50,528 nucleotides of DNA, taken from assembly GCA_023660015.1 (NCBI GenBank), contig JAGXOG010000003.1, forward strand, positions 1 to 50,528. Reading direction: 5' to 3'. The DNA comes from Elusimicrobia bacterium LH_S2 (GTDB lineage Bacteria; CG03; SLGR01; JAGXOG01). Below are positions 31,175 to 41,726 of the stretch, piece after piece (position 1 is the stretch's first letter; each line of letters starts with the position of its first letter). A program made the position numbers and the translations under genes. Below the pieces are notes generated by a model, which was not told where the DNA came from, ran no database searches, and worked only from the letters and a program-made list of their open reading frames with translations.

Positions 31175-32722
31175 TTAACGGTCTTTTTGATAGGATATAA
31201 AGAGAGGACGCTCGTTCCTTATTATATCAAATACTACTCCGTCTTTAAGAGAAACATTTTTTGATGCTTTCTTAAAATCTTCTGTGGAAGCAGTTTCAAT
31301 TTTATTTAATTCAACTATTACATCCCCTACTCTAAGCCCTATTTCATATCCTTCTGCGGCCGGGTCCACATTAATAACAACCACTCCCTCATCTCTATTT
31401 AACCCGTACCTGTTTTTAATATTGCCGGTAATTCCGGATACCGTTATTCCCAGCCATTCGGCGGTTTTTCCTCCGGTTTCTTCTTTCTCGATATCTTCGG
31501 CCGAACCACCCGGCGGGGACGCAACCTCTTCTGGCATCTTTGATAGTGTTATATTAATTTGCGTCTTTTTGGCTTCCCGCACAACTCCGAGATTAATTTT
31601 ATCTTTGGGTTTAGCAGAAGAGACTTTCTGCTGAAGGTCACGAACATCTTTAATCTGCCTTCCGTTATATTCAATAATTGTGTCGCCCCGCTTGAGACCG
31701 CCTTTTTCAGCAGGCGAGCCGGAAACCACCCTGTTTACAAGCACCCCATTGGCTGATGACAGATTAAACCTATTTTGTATTGCTTTGTTGACATCCTGTA
31801 TTTGGACACCGAGCCAACCGCGTATAACCTGGCCTTTCTCAATAAGTTCTTCTAAAATATCTTTTGCGTCATTTACGGGAATTGCAAAACCGACGCCAGA
31901 AAAGACACCTGTAGGCGCAAATATAGCAGTATTTATTCCCACTACATCGCCGGAAAGATTAACCAGAGGGCCTCCGGAATTACCCCGGTTTATAGCCGCA
32001 TCGGTCTGCAGCATATTTCGGTATCGGGATTGCTCAACCTGAACGTCCTGCCTCAAAGCGCTTATTATGCCGGCTGTAAAAGTCTGGTTAAGGCCGAATG
32101 GGCTGCCCGCAGCAAGGACCCAGTCGCCTATTTGAATATCATCCGAATTGCCGAATTTAATCGTATCGAACTTTTTGCCAGATTTAATACATATCACGGC
32201 TAAATCAGTGCGCGAATCCTGGCCGACCAATTCGGCATCATAGTTTTTTCCGTCATAAGTTGTAACCTTAAGTTCTTCGGCATCGCGTATGACATGGTAA
32301 TTTGTTAAGACATACCCTTCGGAACTTACTATAAAGCCCGAAGCGGTCCCTTCCTGCCTTCGGCGATTCGTTTCGGGCTCGGGAGTTTCCCGACGAGGAC
32401 TCCGGCCGAAAAAATCATTAAAAAATTCCTCAAAAGGATCCCCGTGATAAAACCGATAAAAAGGAGATTGGATTTCAACTATCTGAACTGCGGAAATATT
32501 TACAACTGCCGGTTCTATTTTTTTTATTACGGCAGCAAACGACTGCGGAATGTTTACGGTTTCTTTTTTAGCCTGAGAAGAATCATTATTAAAACCGGTA
32601 TTTCCTTCGGTCACTGCACTCTTTTGCGGCGGCTCTTTCTGCGCAGGCGGTTTAACAACTTGCGATATAACTAAACCTCCGGTTAAAATTATAAGTAATA
32701 TAATTAAATTTTTTTTATCCAT
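31175..32722 (-). CDS. htrA: HtrA/DegP (Do) serine protease with two PDZ domains
   Basis: LTNYHV, DLAV, TDAAINRGNSGGPL and PDZ domains. Confidence 0.95.
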   Translation of the reverse strand: MDKKNLIILLIILTGGLVISQVVKPPAQKEPPQKSAVTEGNTGFNNDSSQAKKETVNIPQSFAAVIKKIEPAVVNISAVQIVEIQSPFYRFYHGDPFEEFFNDFFGRSPRRETPEPETNRRRQEGTASGFIVSSEGYVLTNYHVIRDAEELKVTTYDGKNYDAELVGQDSRTDLAVICIKSGKKFDTIKFGNSDDIQIGDWVLAAGSPFGLNQTFTAGIISALRQDVQVEQSRYRNMLQTDAAINRGNSGGPLVNLSGDVVGINTAIFAPTGVFSGVGFAIPVNDAKDILEELIEKGQVIRGWLGVQIQDVNKAIQNRFNLSSANGVLVNRVVSGSPAEKGGLKRGDTIIEYNGRQIKDVRDLQQKVSSAKPKDKINLGVVREAKKTQINITLSKMPEEVASPPGGSAEDIEKEETGGKTAEWLGITVSGITGNIKNRYGLNRDEGVVVINVDPAAEGYEIGLRVGDVIVELNKIETASTEDFKKASKNVSLKDGVVFDIIRNERPLFISYQKDR

Positions 32723-32747
32723 CCCGTTGTAATCTCCTTAAATTAGA

Positions 32748-35328
32748 CTATCTTTTCCTTACCGCCGGGATCTCTATTGCCTCGCCATATCGGTTTTTGC
32801 CGAGTATATCTTTCTGACGAAAACCCGGCGGCACTATTATATCAAGAATATTTGTGTCTGATTCATATTTCCTTCCGGAAAACCCATATTTATCCGTAAC
32901 AAGATTATCATTTACAGTGAGTAATTTACCGTCTTCGGCGGCGGCCATAACCGTTGCTGCGACACCCCAGTTTTGTACCGAAGTTTCTATTAATTCTTCA
33001 TCTATAAAAATATTTATAGTATCTGTCATCAAGCTGACACTCACTTCCGGTTCGCCTATTTTGTCACCAGCGGTATTATAAACAGCTTTCTTGTCGCCGC
33101 TGATAACTACTGCATACTCCCAGGCGTCTTCAGGCCTGAGGTAGGCCTTGCGTCCGGGCAACAATGAAGTATTGCCCAGCCCGGTTTTATTATTAATGTC
33201 TATATAGATATCTATCAGAGCATTCCCGAAACCGAGGGGAGCGTTATCTATATTATTTATGGAAGTAAACTGCAGGGCTATGACCTTTTCACCGCTGCGC
33301 TGATTAACATCAATTTTTCTGAAATCCGTATCTCCTTTATAATCTTCATATTCTTTACTTATGGCATAATTTCCCGGACCGTAATTATCAAGGGCGGGGT
33401 CTATATTGGAAATAATACTCCGGCTTGAATAAAGTTCAGGAGCTGTAATCTCCATATGTCCGCCGGCAGGCAAGATTTTCCCGTCTACCACTGTTTTCAT
33501 ATATATTTTTTTTCTTGACCGGACTCCGAAGTATTTAAAAGGCAAAGAAAACTCCAGAATGCTGCTGCTGTATCCTACATTGTAGTTGCCTGTCAAAGGG
33601 TCCCACTGCTCATCCTGAGATGCCCTGTATATTATAGTTTTTAGGGGGATAACTTTTTTCCAACTAACTTCGGTTGATATAGGAAAATCCTGAATAACTT
33701 CCGGAATATGTTTTAATTTGTCGGGGTAAAGAGCTGCAGCATCAGCATTCATGTGCCCCAGATTAACTCTTATTTCACTTGCAGAATCAGATGATATATC
33801 AAATCTAAAATATATATTGCTGCCGTCGAACCCGCACCAAAAACTTTTTATTATCTTAGAGTCAAAATTTACCCGGTAGGCGCCTTTCCATTCTCCCGGG
33901 CCTATTTTCCCATTACATTCCACATCTAAGGTATTGTTTATTTTTGCTGCCGGCTCTACGGGTTTCTTTTCTATAAGGGGCAAAAAATATTTCGGCGGGG
34001 GTGGCAGACCAATCTTACGGTATATCTCAATTAAGCTGCGCCGGAATATACGGTCATAATTTTTATTTGAAATATTATCCGTTAATATTCCCGACTCGGC
34101 CATTAAGAGCTTATTCTGTATATAAAAAAAGGTTATCCAGTTTAGCCCGGCCGGAATTTTTGTAACTGTAAAATACTTCACGGGTATCCTCTAAATAATT
34201 TTTAAGTTTTTGTAATTCGGCTTTTAACTTAACCCTGCCGGTTTTAAAAGACGAACTGCTCAGATTAACGGTTTGGGTTGTAAAATTAATAGAATATATT
34301 GAACTTTTCAATTCATCATAAGTTATATATTTATTATCTGTATTTTCAATAAAAGAGAGAAATTCCCGCGGTGTTTTTATGAAGGAAATAATATCTTGAT
34401 TTATTTTAGCAGTTGTAAAACTTTGAGTTGTATTTTTTATTTCAAAATTTCCCGGGGCTGTATATATTACCATCGGCCGGGTATTAATGCTTTGAGTTTC
34501 AACTATTTTTGTGGACTTCACCAAAATCCATTTAATATCGGTCTTTTCCAGTTCATCTATTCCATTATCTGTTATATATCCTCCTTTAGGCAAAAAACCT
34601 TCCGGAAAATCCCCTCTCCATTTTTTATATGCTACAAGCCCTTCAAGTATCTGAACTTTTGTCCGTTCAGAATCAAGTAAGGATAGATAAGCATTACTTA
34701 AAGTAGTAGTGGCTTCCCCGCGGTATTCGGTGTCCATAGTTTTTTGAAGTATTTCGCTGAAATTATTTAACTCTTTGGTTATTAGTTGTAAGACAGCTGA
34801 TTTTATCTTCGGAGTATAAGTGCTGATATCTACAAAATCCAAATAGGCTTCTGATTGACGTATTGCTTTTCCGATATAACTGTCAGCTTCTAAAATCTGC
34901 CCTTTAATAAAGGAGGAAGTACTATGGTTTAAATTATATTTGCCGGCAAGATACTCTGCCTGAGAATCGCTGAGTTCCTCAGGGTGCAGAGTTATAATAG
35001 GCGGCAAAGATATATCCCCATTTTTAATATCCTTTAAAAAATTTACGACATTACCAGATAATAATATATTTAAAGGAATATTTTTATAATCATTTTTAAT
35101 TATATAAAGAAAATCTCTCCATTCACCAAGGGCTTTTTTTTGAAATTCTGTTTCTGCATTATCGAGAGACGAAATTTCAAATTTTACCGTTAAAAAAATA
35201 TCTTTTTTGCCCGCCGTAGCCTCCGGAGGCTTTATCTCTTCCGGCGCAAGCCCCGGCTTCGCGCAGCCATAGATTAAAACGGCCCACAGTATCGGGATTA
35301 TTATTTTTATCAGGTCAGTTTTTCTCAA
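32748..35328 (-). CDS. GH57 amylopullulanase-like lipoprotein with glucodextranase/DOMON-like C-terminus, split by a +1 frameshift
   Basis: Lipobox IYGC. ORFs 34111..35328 and 32748..34181 join if the T7 run (34124-34130) is T6. Motifs AES...YDRIFR..L..IY...G.PPP, DPALDNYGPGNY, IDIYID and AWEYA. Confidence 0.65.
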
Positions 35329-35740
35329 GGATTACTCTGTATTCTTTTCTTCTTCCTGATATAATTTCCAAGTTCCGGTTCCATTTTTTATATCCCGGCT
35401 TAATTAATGTAAATAGCGGTTTTTCAACTCCGGATGTCGATACTATTTTAAATTTTACCGGCGTTTTGCCTTTATAATAACCGTTGACAAATACCTTTGC
35501 TTCGGCGGGGATAGATACTATTTTTATTTCCGCAGGGCCTTCCTTGGGTTTTAAACTTTCTTTCTCATTGCTTTTTTTCTCATTACTTTTTTTCTGAGCC
35601 GGTGCTGGTCTATTGTTTGCAAAATCGGGGGAAGGAAGAGGTTTTTTATCTCCAGAAATATACCCATAAAGAAGATATCCTGCAAAAAATAGAATAATAA
35701 CATTAACGGCCAGAATAATTAACAGCCCGGGTTTTTTCAT
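35315..35740 (-). CDS. PEGA domain membrane-anchored protein
   Basis: N-terminal TM; SIPAEAKVFVNGYYKGKTP and KPGY..W. Confidence 0.85.
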   Translation of the reverse strand: MKKPGLLIILAVNVIILFFAGYLLYGYISGDKKPLPSPDFANNRPAPAQKKSNEKKSNEKESLKPKEGPAEIKIVSIPAEAKVFVNGYYKGKTPVKFKIVSTSGVEKPLFTLIKPGYKKWNRNLEIISGRRKEYRVILEKN

Positions 35741-36228
35741 TCGATTAACTTTTTAATCCGGTTGTTAAACTTTGCTATGCTTCCGTCGAGAGATTCAAAC
35801 ATTTCCTCAAAATTTTCGGTTCCCTCGACTTTTTCCGACAACAACTTAATATCTTCTTTTAAATTTTTAACCTGTTTTATCTCTTTCTTTAAAAGAGCAG
35901 CGGCCTTGTTACTTAATTCCTGAGCTTTTTTTAACTGCTGTGAAATTTCAGGGGGCAGTTCGGCTGGTTTTTCCGAAGAGCTCTTTTCTTCCAAATCTTT
36001 AAGTTTATCAAGTATTCCCCATAACTGGTCTTCAATTTTAGAATTATTCTCTTCGGCAACATTTACTATCTCTTTAATCTGGTCAATAGCATTAGAACTT
36101 AATGAATTTGCGCCGGACTTGTCGGTCTTATCGGAATTTTTCCATACCATTGTCCACAATACAAGATTCAATATCGCAAAGATAATGGCCAGCGCCGCAA
36201 ATATAATTACCGGGTTTATGGTTTCCAT
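35737..36228 (-). CDS. Hypothetical protein, N-terminal TM plus coiled coil
   Basis: SD AAGGAG, hydrophobic N-terminus, heptad-rich remainder, ATGA overlap with the next gene. Confidence 0.7.
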   Translation of the reverse strand: METINPVIIFAALAIIFAILNLVLWTMVWKNSDKTDKSGANSLSSNAIDQIKEIVNVAEENNSKIEDQLWGILDKLKDLEEKSSSEKPAELPPEISQQLKKAQELSNKAAALLKKEIKQVKNLKEDIKLLSEKVEGTENFEEMFESLDGSIAKFNNRIKKLIE

Positions 36229-36309
36229 TTAAATTATAATCTCCTTACTACAATATTTATTAATAATAACTGATTTTTACAGGTTTTTCAAATTTTTTTA
36301 AACAGTAAT

Positions 36310-36909
36310 TTAACTATCCAATAATTTCTTTTTATATAATATTCGGGAAGAATGCTCTAAAGTTGACAACAGCCCCACGGCTCCTTCAAGCGTGCCGGCA
36401 GCGGCAAAAGCCCCGTGCCCCTCTACCATTACTATCCCGTGTTCTTTTATAACCCCGGGAAGCCTACGGACAACTTCGCCGGAGGCGATGCTGCTTTGTT
36501 GAACTTTAATTACAGATACCCGGGGGATATAAAACCGTCCTTCATCATCGATAAATTCGAAGTTTTTTTTACCATAAGATATTACTGTGGCAGTCGGCGG
36601 ATGAGCATGCGCTACGGCTTTAAAAGTTGTATTTTTATAGATACTTTTATGTACTTCAATTTCAACCGACGGCTTTACAGGGTTTACTAAGTCGGTTTCT
36701 AAATTTAACCCGGTATTAATGTCAACTTTTACGATATCCTCTCTATTTAAAAATCCCAGGCGGCTGCCGGATGCTGTTATAGATATATATTCTCCGTTTT
36801 TCATACTCATATTTCCGGCTTTAAGCGATATAAGCCCGGATTTAAAAAGTATTTCACCGCTTTCTTTAAATTTATTAAAATTTGACAACATTAATTTTTT
36901 CCCTTTCAA
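36310..36909 (-). CDS. Class II aldolase/adducin family protein
   Basis: GNMS, ITASG, PSVE..VH..IY, HAHP and HG. True start may be the internal Met (MLSNF). Confidence 0.9.
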   Translation of the reverse strand: MKGKKLMLSNFNKFKESGEILFKSGLISLKAGNMSMKNGEYISITASGSRLGFLNREDIVKVDINTGLNLETDLVNPVKPSVEIEVHKSIYKNTTFKAVAHAHPPTATVISYGKKNFEFIDDEGRFYIPRVSVIKVQQSSIASGEVVRRLPGVIKEHGIVMVEGHGAFAAAGTLEGAVGLLSTLEHSSRILYKKKLLDS

Positions 36910-37010
36910 AAATCCGGCCGGTCCTAAAAATAATTTCCTCTTTCCGTATCCGCCTTCACCATCATGCCCCCTTCCGTTCCCCTTCAGGCCGCATCAAAAC
37001 TATCTATGTC

Positions 37011-37265
37011 CTCTTTATTAAATTATGATTCTTTCGTATTTAAGTTGCAAAAATATTTTAAGTGACTTAGTCCTTTTAGCATAAGTCAGTCCGGTTCTTT
37101 AGAAAAAGCTCAAACTGTTTGAAGCCGACGATGAGTCGGCTGAGTTTTTGAGCTTTATGGCTGACTTTTGTCTGCCGAAGGTAAAAGGACTACCTGAACG
37201 AATAAATACTTTTTGCAGCTTTAAAACAACTTTTAGACGATAACTGCACGATATTTAATAAAGAG
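37011..37265. other. Rod-like nested palindrome, copy 2
   Basis: Perfect 13-bp outer inverted repeat CTCTTTATTAAAT / ATTTAATAAAGAG; TAGTCCTTTTA / TAAAAGGACTA; apical AGCCGAC-gatga-GTCGGCT (37123-37141). Confidence 0.75.
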
Positions 37266-37372
37266 CCTAAATTATCCTATTTAATAAATCCGAGAACTGT
37301 ATCGGAAGCTGTCACTCTGCAACTGGTTAAATTATCGGCAGTAATATCGAGCCGAAAAATTATCTATGTGAT

Positions 37373-38869
37373 TCATTGTTTAGGAAAAAGAGGAAGACCG
37401 TCGCGGATATTTTTAAAATTGTCAGTGGGCGACCATTTAAAGTTAATATCTTTCGGAGCTCTTATCACCCCCAACTGTTTTTTGATTTTTTTACAAGTTT
37501 CGGGCATAAAAGGCTCAAGCATTTGGGAAATATTTCTGAGAACTTCAAAAAGATTTGTAAGCACTTCCGCCAGTCGCTTCTCTTCTCCGTTTTTATTTAG
37601 TTCCCAGGGCTTTTGTTGTTCTATGTAAATATTGGCTGCTTTTACTATATCCCAGATTTTTTGAAGAATAATATTAAATTTTAACTCGCCGTAAAGACCG
37701 TCAAGCTCGCCATAGAGCTTATTTATCTTCCGGTCAAATCCGTCCGGTTCTTTTGTTAAATATTCCGGGCTGTATTTATTTATCATAGACAATACCCTCT
37801 TTAAAAGATTACCCAGTTCATTAGCCAGATCGGAATCATAACGGCTTTTGAATTGTTCTTCGGAAAAATTTCCGTCCAACCCGAAAGTCACCTGCCTTAA
37901 AAGAAAATACCTGAATGAATCTACATTCCATTTTTCTATAAGTTCAAGTGGATTAACAACATTCCCGAAAGATTTACTCATTTTTTCACCCGTTATAGTC
38001 CACCACCCGTGAGCAAAAATTGTCTTCGGAAGGGGAAGTTCCAAAGCCATGAGCATAGTCGACCAATAGACAGAATGCGTGGTTAGTATATCCTTGCCTA
38101 TAAGGTGAAAATTTGCCGGCCACCACTTTATTTCTTGCGGAGCGATATAGCCGGTAGCCGAATAATAATTTATAAGAGCATCGAACCAGACGTAAGTGAC
38201 ATAGCCATCATCAAAAGGCAGCGAAATTCCCCAGGAAAGACGGCTCTTGGGCCTTGATATGCAAAGGTCATCAAGTTTATTGTTATTTAAAAAACCAAGA
38301 ACCTCGTTCCTGCGGATTTCGGGCATAATATATCCGGGAGTTTGCTCAATATATTTTATTAATTCATCCTGGTATTTCGACATTAGAAAGAAATAATTAT
38401 CTTCTTCTATCTTCTGAACATCACGTCCGCAATCCGGACAACACCCGTCTTTAAGGTCTTTTTCTTTCCAAAATCTCTCATCAGACACACAATACCACCC
38501 CGAATAAGAACGCTTTTGGATATCCCCTTTCTTATAAAGAGTCCGAAGTATATTTTGTACTCTTTCTTTATGGTCTTTATCCGTAGTTCTTATAAATCCG
38601 TCATTGGAAATATTAAGTTTTACCCATAAATCTTTAAATTTACCGACCATACCGTCGATATGCTCTTTAGGCGACATCCCTTTTTTTGCTGCCGCATCCT
38701 GTACTTTCTGGCCATATTCGTCTGTGCCGGTAAGAAAAAAAACTTCCTTTTGGCAAGATCTGTAATACCTCGCCAGCACATCGGCGGCCACCTGGGTATA
38801 CGCATGCCCTATATGCGGGTCGGCGTTTACATAATAGAGGGGCGTTGTTATATAGATTCCCTTTTTCAT
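37373..38869 (-). CDS. metG: Methionine--tRNA ligase (short form, no C-terminal tRNA-binding domain)
   Basis: HIGH, GTDE.GQK, YVWFDAL.NY, GKDI and KMSKS. Confidence 0.97.
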   Translation of the reverse strand: MKKGIYITTPLYYVNADPHIGHAYTQVAADVLARYYRSCQKEVFFLTGTDEYGQKVQDAAAKKGMSPKEHIDGMVGKFKDLWVKLNISNDGFIRTTDKDHKERVQNILRTLYKKGDIQKRSYSGWYCVSDERFWKEKDLKDGCCPDCGRDVQKIEEDNYFFLMSKYQDELIKYIEQTPGYIMPEIRRNEVLGFLNNNKLDDLCISRPKSRLSWGISLPFDDGYVTYVWFDALINYYSATGYIAPQEIKWWPANFHLIGKDILTTHSVYWSTMLMALELPLPKTIFAHGWWTITGEKMSKSFGNVVNPLELIEKWNVDSFRYFLLRQVTFGLDGNFSEEQFKSRYDSDLANELGNLLKRVLSMINKYSPEYLTKEPDGFDRKINKLYGELDGLYGELKFNIILQKIWDIVKAANIYIEQQKPWELNKNGEEKRLAEVLTNLFEVLRNISQMLEPFMPETCKKIKKQLGVIRAPKDINFKWSPTDNFKNIRDGLPLFPKQ

Positions 38870-38941
38870 ATAATTATATGGTTTCTCCTTCCTTAATATT
38901 TTTTATTATCTGAGATTAGCCCCGCCGCAGGCAATTAACTC

Positions 38942-39571
38942 TTATTTATAGTTGTTGTCTTCGTATCTCAGGCAGCATAAGAGCCGACCACAGCAACCTG
39001 TAATATTTTCCGGATTTGTAGAAAGTTTCTGGCGTTTGGCCATATCTATATTTACCGAACGCATTTCCCTTAAAAACTTGCTGCAACATACTTCCTTCCC
39101 GCAGGGCCCTACAGCACCTATTATTGCCGCCTCATCCCGCACCCCTATCTGGACCATCTGTATCCGAACTTTTAATCTGTTGCCTAAAATTTTTATTAAA
39201 TTTCTAAAATCCACCCTTGAATCAGCGGTATAATATATAAAAAGTTTCTGCCGGTCATAGGTATAATCAACAGCAGTAATTTTCATCTTTAACTTCTGTT
39301 TTTTTATCTCAGTTTTAACCTGCGGCAATATTTTTTTGTCGGCCGCAAAGTTTTTTTGAAGCACCCGCCTGTCATCATCATTTAGTACCCTTACTACCTG
39401 TTTAACTTCACTTTTCCTGCATGGTTTGGAAGACATATTTATAACCCTTCCGACTTCCAGCCCGTTATCGGTAGAAACTAAAACCCGGTCGCCTTTTTTG
39501 ACTTCTTTGCGGATGTTTTCTGCCGGACAGCTCTCATGGAGCCTTCTTAGCGAAACAGTTAAAAATACCAC
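38942..39571 (-). CDS. PSP1/RicT (YaaT) family protein
   Basis: RVDFR.L, QIGVRDEA, GPCG..CC and G.CGRLLCCLRYE. Confidence 0.92.
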   Translation of the reverse strand: MVFLTVSLRRLHESCPAENIRKEVKKGDRVLVSTDNGLEVGRVINMSSKPCRKSEVKQVVRVLNDDDRRVLQKNFAADKKILPQVKTEIKKQKLKMKITAVDYTYDRQKLFIYYTADSRVDFRNLIKILGNRLKVRIQMVQIGVRDEAAIIGAVGPCGKEVCCSKFLREMRSVNIDMAKRQKLSTNPENITGCCGRLLCCLRYEDNNYK

Positions 39572-39581
39572 AGGCTTATTC

Positions 39582-40583
39582 TCATTTTAATTGCCCCAGC
39601 TTTAAAAACATATTTGAAATCGCTAGTTCTCTGTTAGCATTTTTATTTAAGCTGGCGATGGTTTCTTCTATAATTTTCATCCTATAGAAACGCTTCTCAG
39701 TCGGGGTTTTGCGAAACTCATAACCCTCTATCTGAAGCATAATATTTAACTTGCTCAAACTTTCGGGCTTATCCCCCATCCATTTTTTTATATCCTTAAA
39801 AAATTTTTCGGACTTCATACTGCCTATCTTTATATTACCTACCTGAGAATATTTAACTAATTTACCCGGCGAACCGGCGGAAATTTTTATTTCTTTGGCC
39901 GGATCTTTTATATTATCCTTTAAATCGGGCCTTAAACTTAAAAAATCATTCATCTCAGAGTCCGTCAGGGGACTAAACCTATATTCCTGGCACCTGGAAA
40001 TTATAGTTGCCGGTAGTAAATCACCCGACGATGTAACAAGAAAAAAATAAGTATTTTCCGGCGGTTCCTCAAGTATTTTTAAAAGGCAGTTTAATGCAGC
40101 TCTACTTGCTGCGGCCGCATCGTCTATTATAAATACTTTCTTTAAGGTTTTATAGGATTTCAGAAATGCTTCCTTTTTAACTTCCCGTATCTGGTCTATA
40201 TTTATCTTAACGGTTTTATTCGAAGAGCTCTCCGACTGTCCGTCAGCGCCTGTTTGTTTTATGGCGTTTATATTCTTTAATTTTACTTTTTCGTCCGCTG
40301 AGTATTTAGCAACCATCTCTTTCTCATTCTTCGGGGATCCCACAAACCTTACCGTAGGATGATTGCCTGTTCTTAGTTTTTTGCAGGACCCGCAAAGGCC
40401 GCAGCCACCGTCTTCTTTTTTGTCTCCGCAATTTAACGCTGCCGCCAAAGAAACTGCTGCCAACCTCTTCCCGATGCCTTCCGGTCCGGTAAATAGAATC
40501 CCGTGAGGAATACGGCCGGTCTTTAACATTTTCTTCAGTCTTTCAATATTATGTCTGTGCCCGGCAATCAAACTAAAATTCAT
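39582..40583 (-). CDS. holB: DNA polymerase III delta prime subunit
   Basis: GPEGIGK, CGLCGSC, LLKILEEPP and TIISRC; follows tmk. Confidence 0.92.
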   Translation of the reverse strand: MNFSLIAGHRHNIERLKKMLKTGRIPHGILFTGPEGIGKRLAAVSLAAALNCGDKKEDGGCGLCGSCKKLRTGNHPTVRFVGSPKNEKEMVAKYSADEKVKLKNINAIKQTGADGQSESSSNKTVKINIDQIREVKKEAFLKSYKTLKKVFIIDDAAAASRAALNCLLKILEEPPENTYFFLVTSSGDLLPATIISRCQEYRFSPLTDSEMNDFLSLRPDLKDNIKDPAKEIKISAGSPGKLVKYSQVGNIKIGSMKSEKFFKDIKKWMGDKPESLSKLNIMLQIEGYEFRKTPTEKRFYRMKIIEETIASLNKNANRELAISNMFLKLGQLK

Positions 40584-41206
40584 ATAATATCCCGCTTCCT
40601 TAGAATATCTATAATCCCCTCTTTAATTACTTCCTCCGTATTAAGGGCGGATACCACTTCAATATTTCTGTCCTCGGAAGCAATCTCAAGATATCCGTTT
40701 CTTACCTTTTCATGAAAGGTTACATTTTCGGATTCCAACCTGTCTAATTTACCTTCAGAGGATTTAACCCTTTTTAAACCTGTTTTAATGTCAATATCAA
40801 GTATTACTGTTAAATTCGGCTTAATTCCCCCCGTAGCTATATAATTAAGCTGCCCTATGAGCTCCTTTGAAAGGCCCCGGCCGTAACCCTGGTAAGCTAT
40901 ACTTGCATGGGTAAACCTCTCACATATAACAAATTTGGAATTTTTAAGCGCCGGCATAATTTTTTCCCGGGTATGCTGCGCCCTTCCGGCTGCATAAAGC
41001 AAAAGCTCGGCTGTAGGATAAATCCGGCTCTTAGTATCGAGTAAAATTTCTCTTAACTGTTCGGCTATGCTTACTCCCCCCGGCTCCCTGGTGCAGACCA
41101 CTTCGCGGCCGCAATTGCGGATATAGTCGGCAACAAGGAGGGCCTGGGTGGATTTACCCGAGCCTTCCGGTCCCTCTAAAGTTATAAATTTTCCCTTACT
41201 CATCAT
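40580..41206 (-). CDS. tmk: Thymidylate kinase
   Basis: EGPEGSGKST, TREPGG and SIAYQG. Confidence 0.96.
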   Translation of the reverse strand: MMSKGKFITLEGPEGSGKSTQALLVADYIRNCGREVVCTREPGGVSIAEQLREILLDTKSRIYPTAELLLYAAGRAQHTREKIMPALKNSKFVICERFTHASIAYQGYGRGLSKELIGQLNYIATGGIKPNLTVILDIDIKTGLKRVKSSEGKLDRLESENVTFHEKVRNGYLEIASEDRNIEVVSALNTEEVIKEGIIDILRKRDII

Positions 41207-41726
41207 TACCGCGCTGGCATCTTAAATTTATTTTTTTACTTAAATTTGCGCTCTCCCCGCCCTGGGAAACTGTCAATGTAGCTCCGATATAAGAGTACTC
41301 TGAATCATCGAACCACACGTAAAATTTATCAACTCCGGCAGTAACCAGAGTAGTTGTGCTGCCTTTTAAGTACCGTCTCAGTACGCTTTCCGAGTCCGGC
41401 TTAAAATATTTTATATATAAATTAGAGTGGCCCCAGTCGGCTGTGGACTTATTTATTTTAAAAAGGACAGATTCGTTGCTTTCCCCTATGGTTATCGGCT
41501 CCGAAGACGACTGCCTTATATATTTGGACATCTCGTCCATCGTCGAGCGTGCGGCCGAATATACATCAACAGAATCCCGCGTGCTCCACCAAACGTCAAA
41601 AGTGCTCTGAAAAAATTTAATTGCGCCGTACATAAGTATCCCGGCAAGAGCAATTACTATACCGAGTTCCACCATAGTTATTCCCCTGTTATTATTTATT
41701 TTTTTCATTAGATTATCCTTTATCAT
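41196..41726 (-). CDS. Type IV minor pilin/pseudopilin (PilW/PulJ-like)
   Basis: Class III signal NNRG|ITMVELGIVIAL; AR..MDEM...IRQ helix. Confidence 0.8.
   Translation of the reverse strand: MIKDNLMKKINNNRGITMVELGIVIALAGILMYGAIKFFQSTFDVWWSTRDSVDVYSAARSTMDEMSKYIRQSSSEPITIGESNESVLFKINKSTADWGHSNLYIKYFKPDSESVLRRYLKGSTTTLVTAGVDKFYVWFDDSEYSYIGATLTVSQGGESANLSKKINLRCQRGNDE

Noticed and set aside
37011-37265. T-box or known riboswitch near metG
   Set aside because: It lies downstream of metG, lacks the T-box consensus, and has a homologue upstream of mfd.
36910-37372. Possible gene remnant interrupted by the palindromic element
   Set aside because: Short open stretches flank the element but I could not match them to any family.
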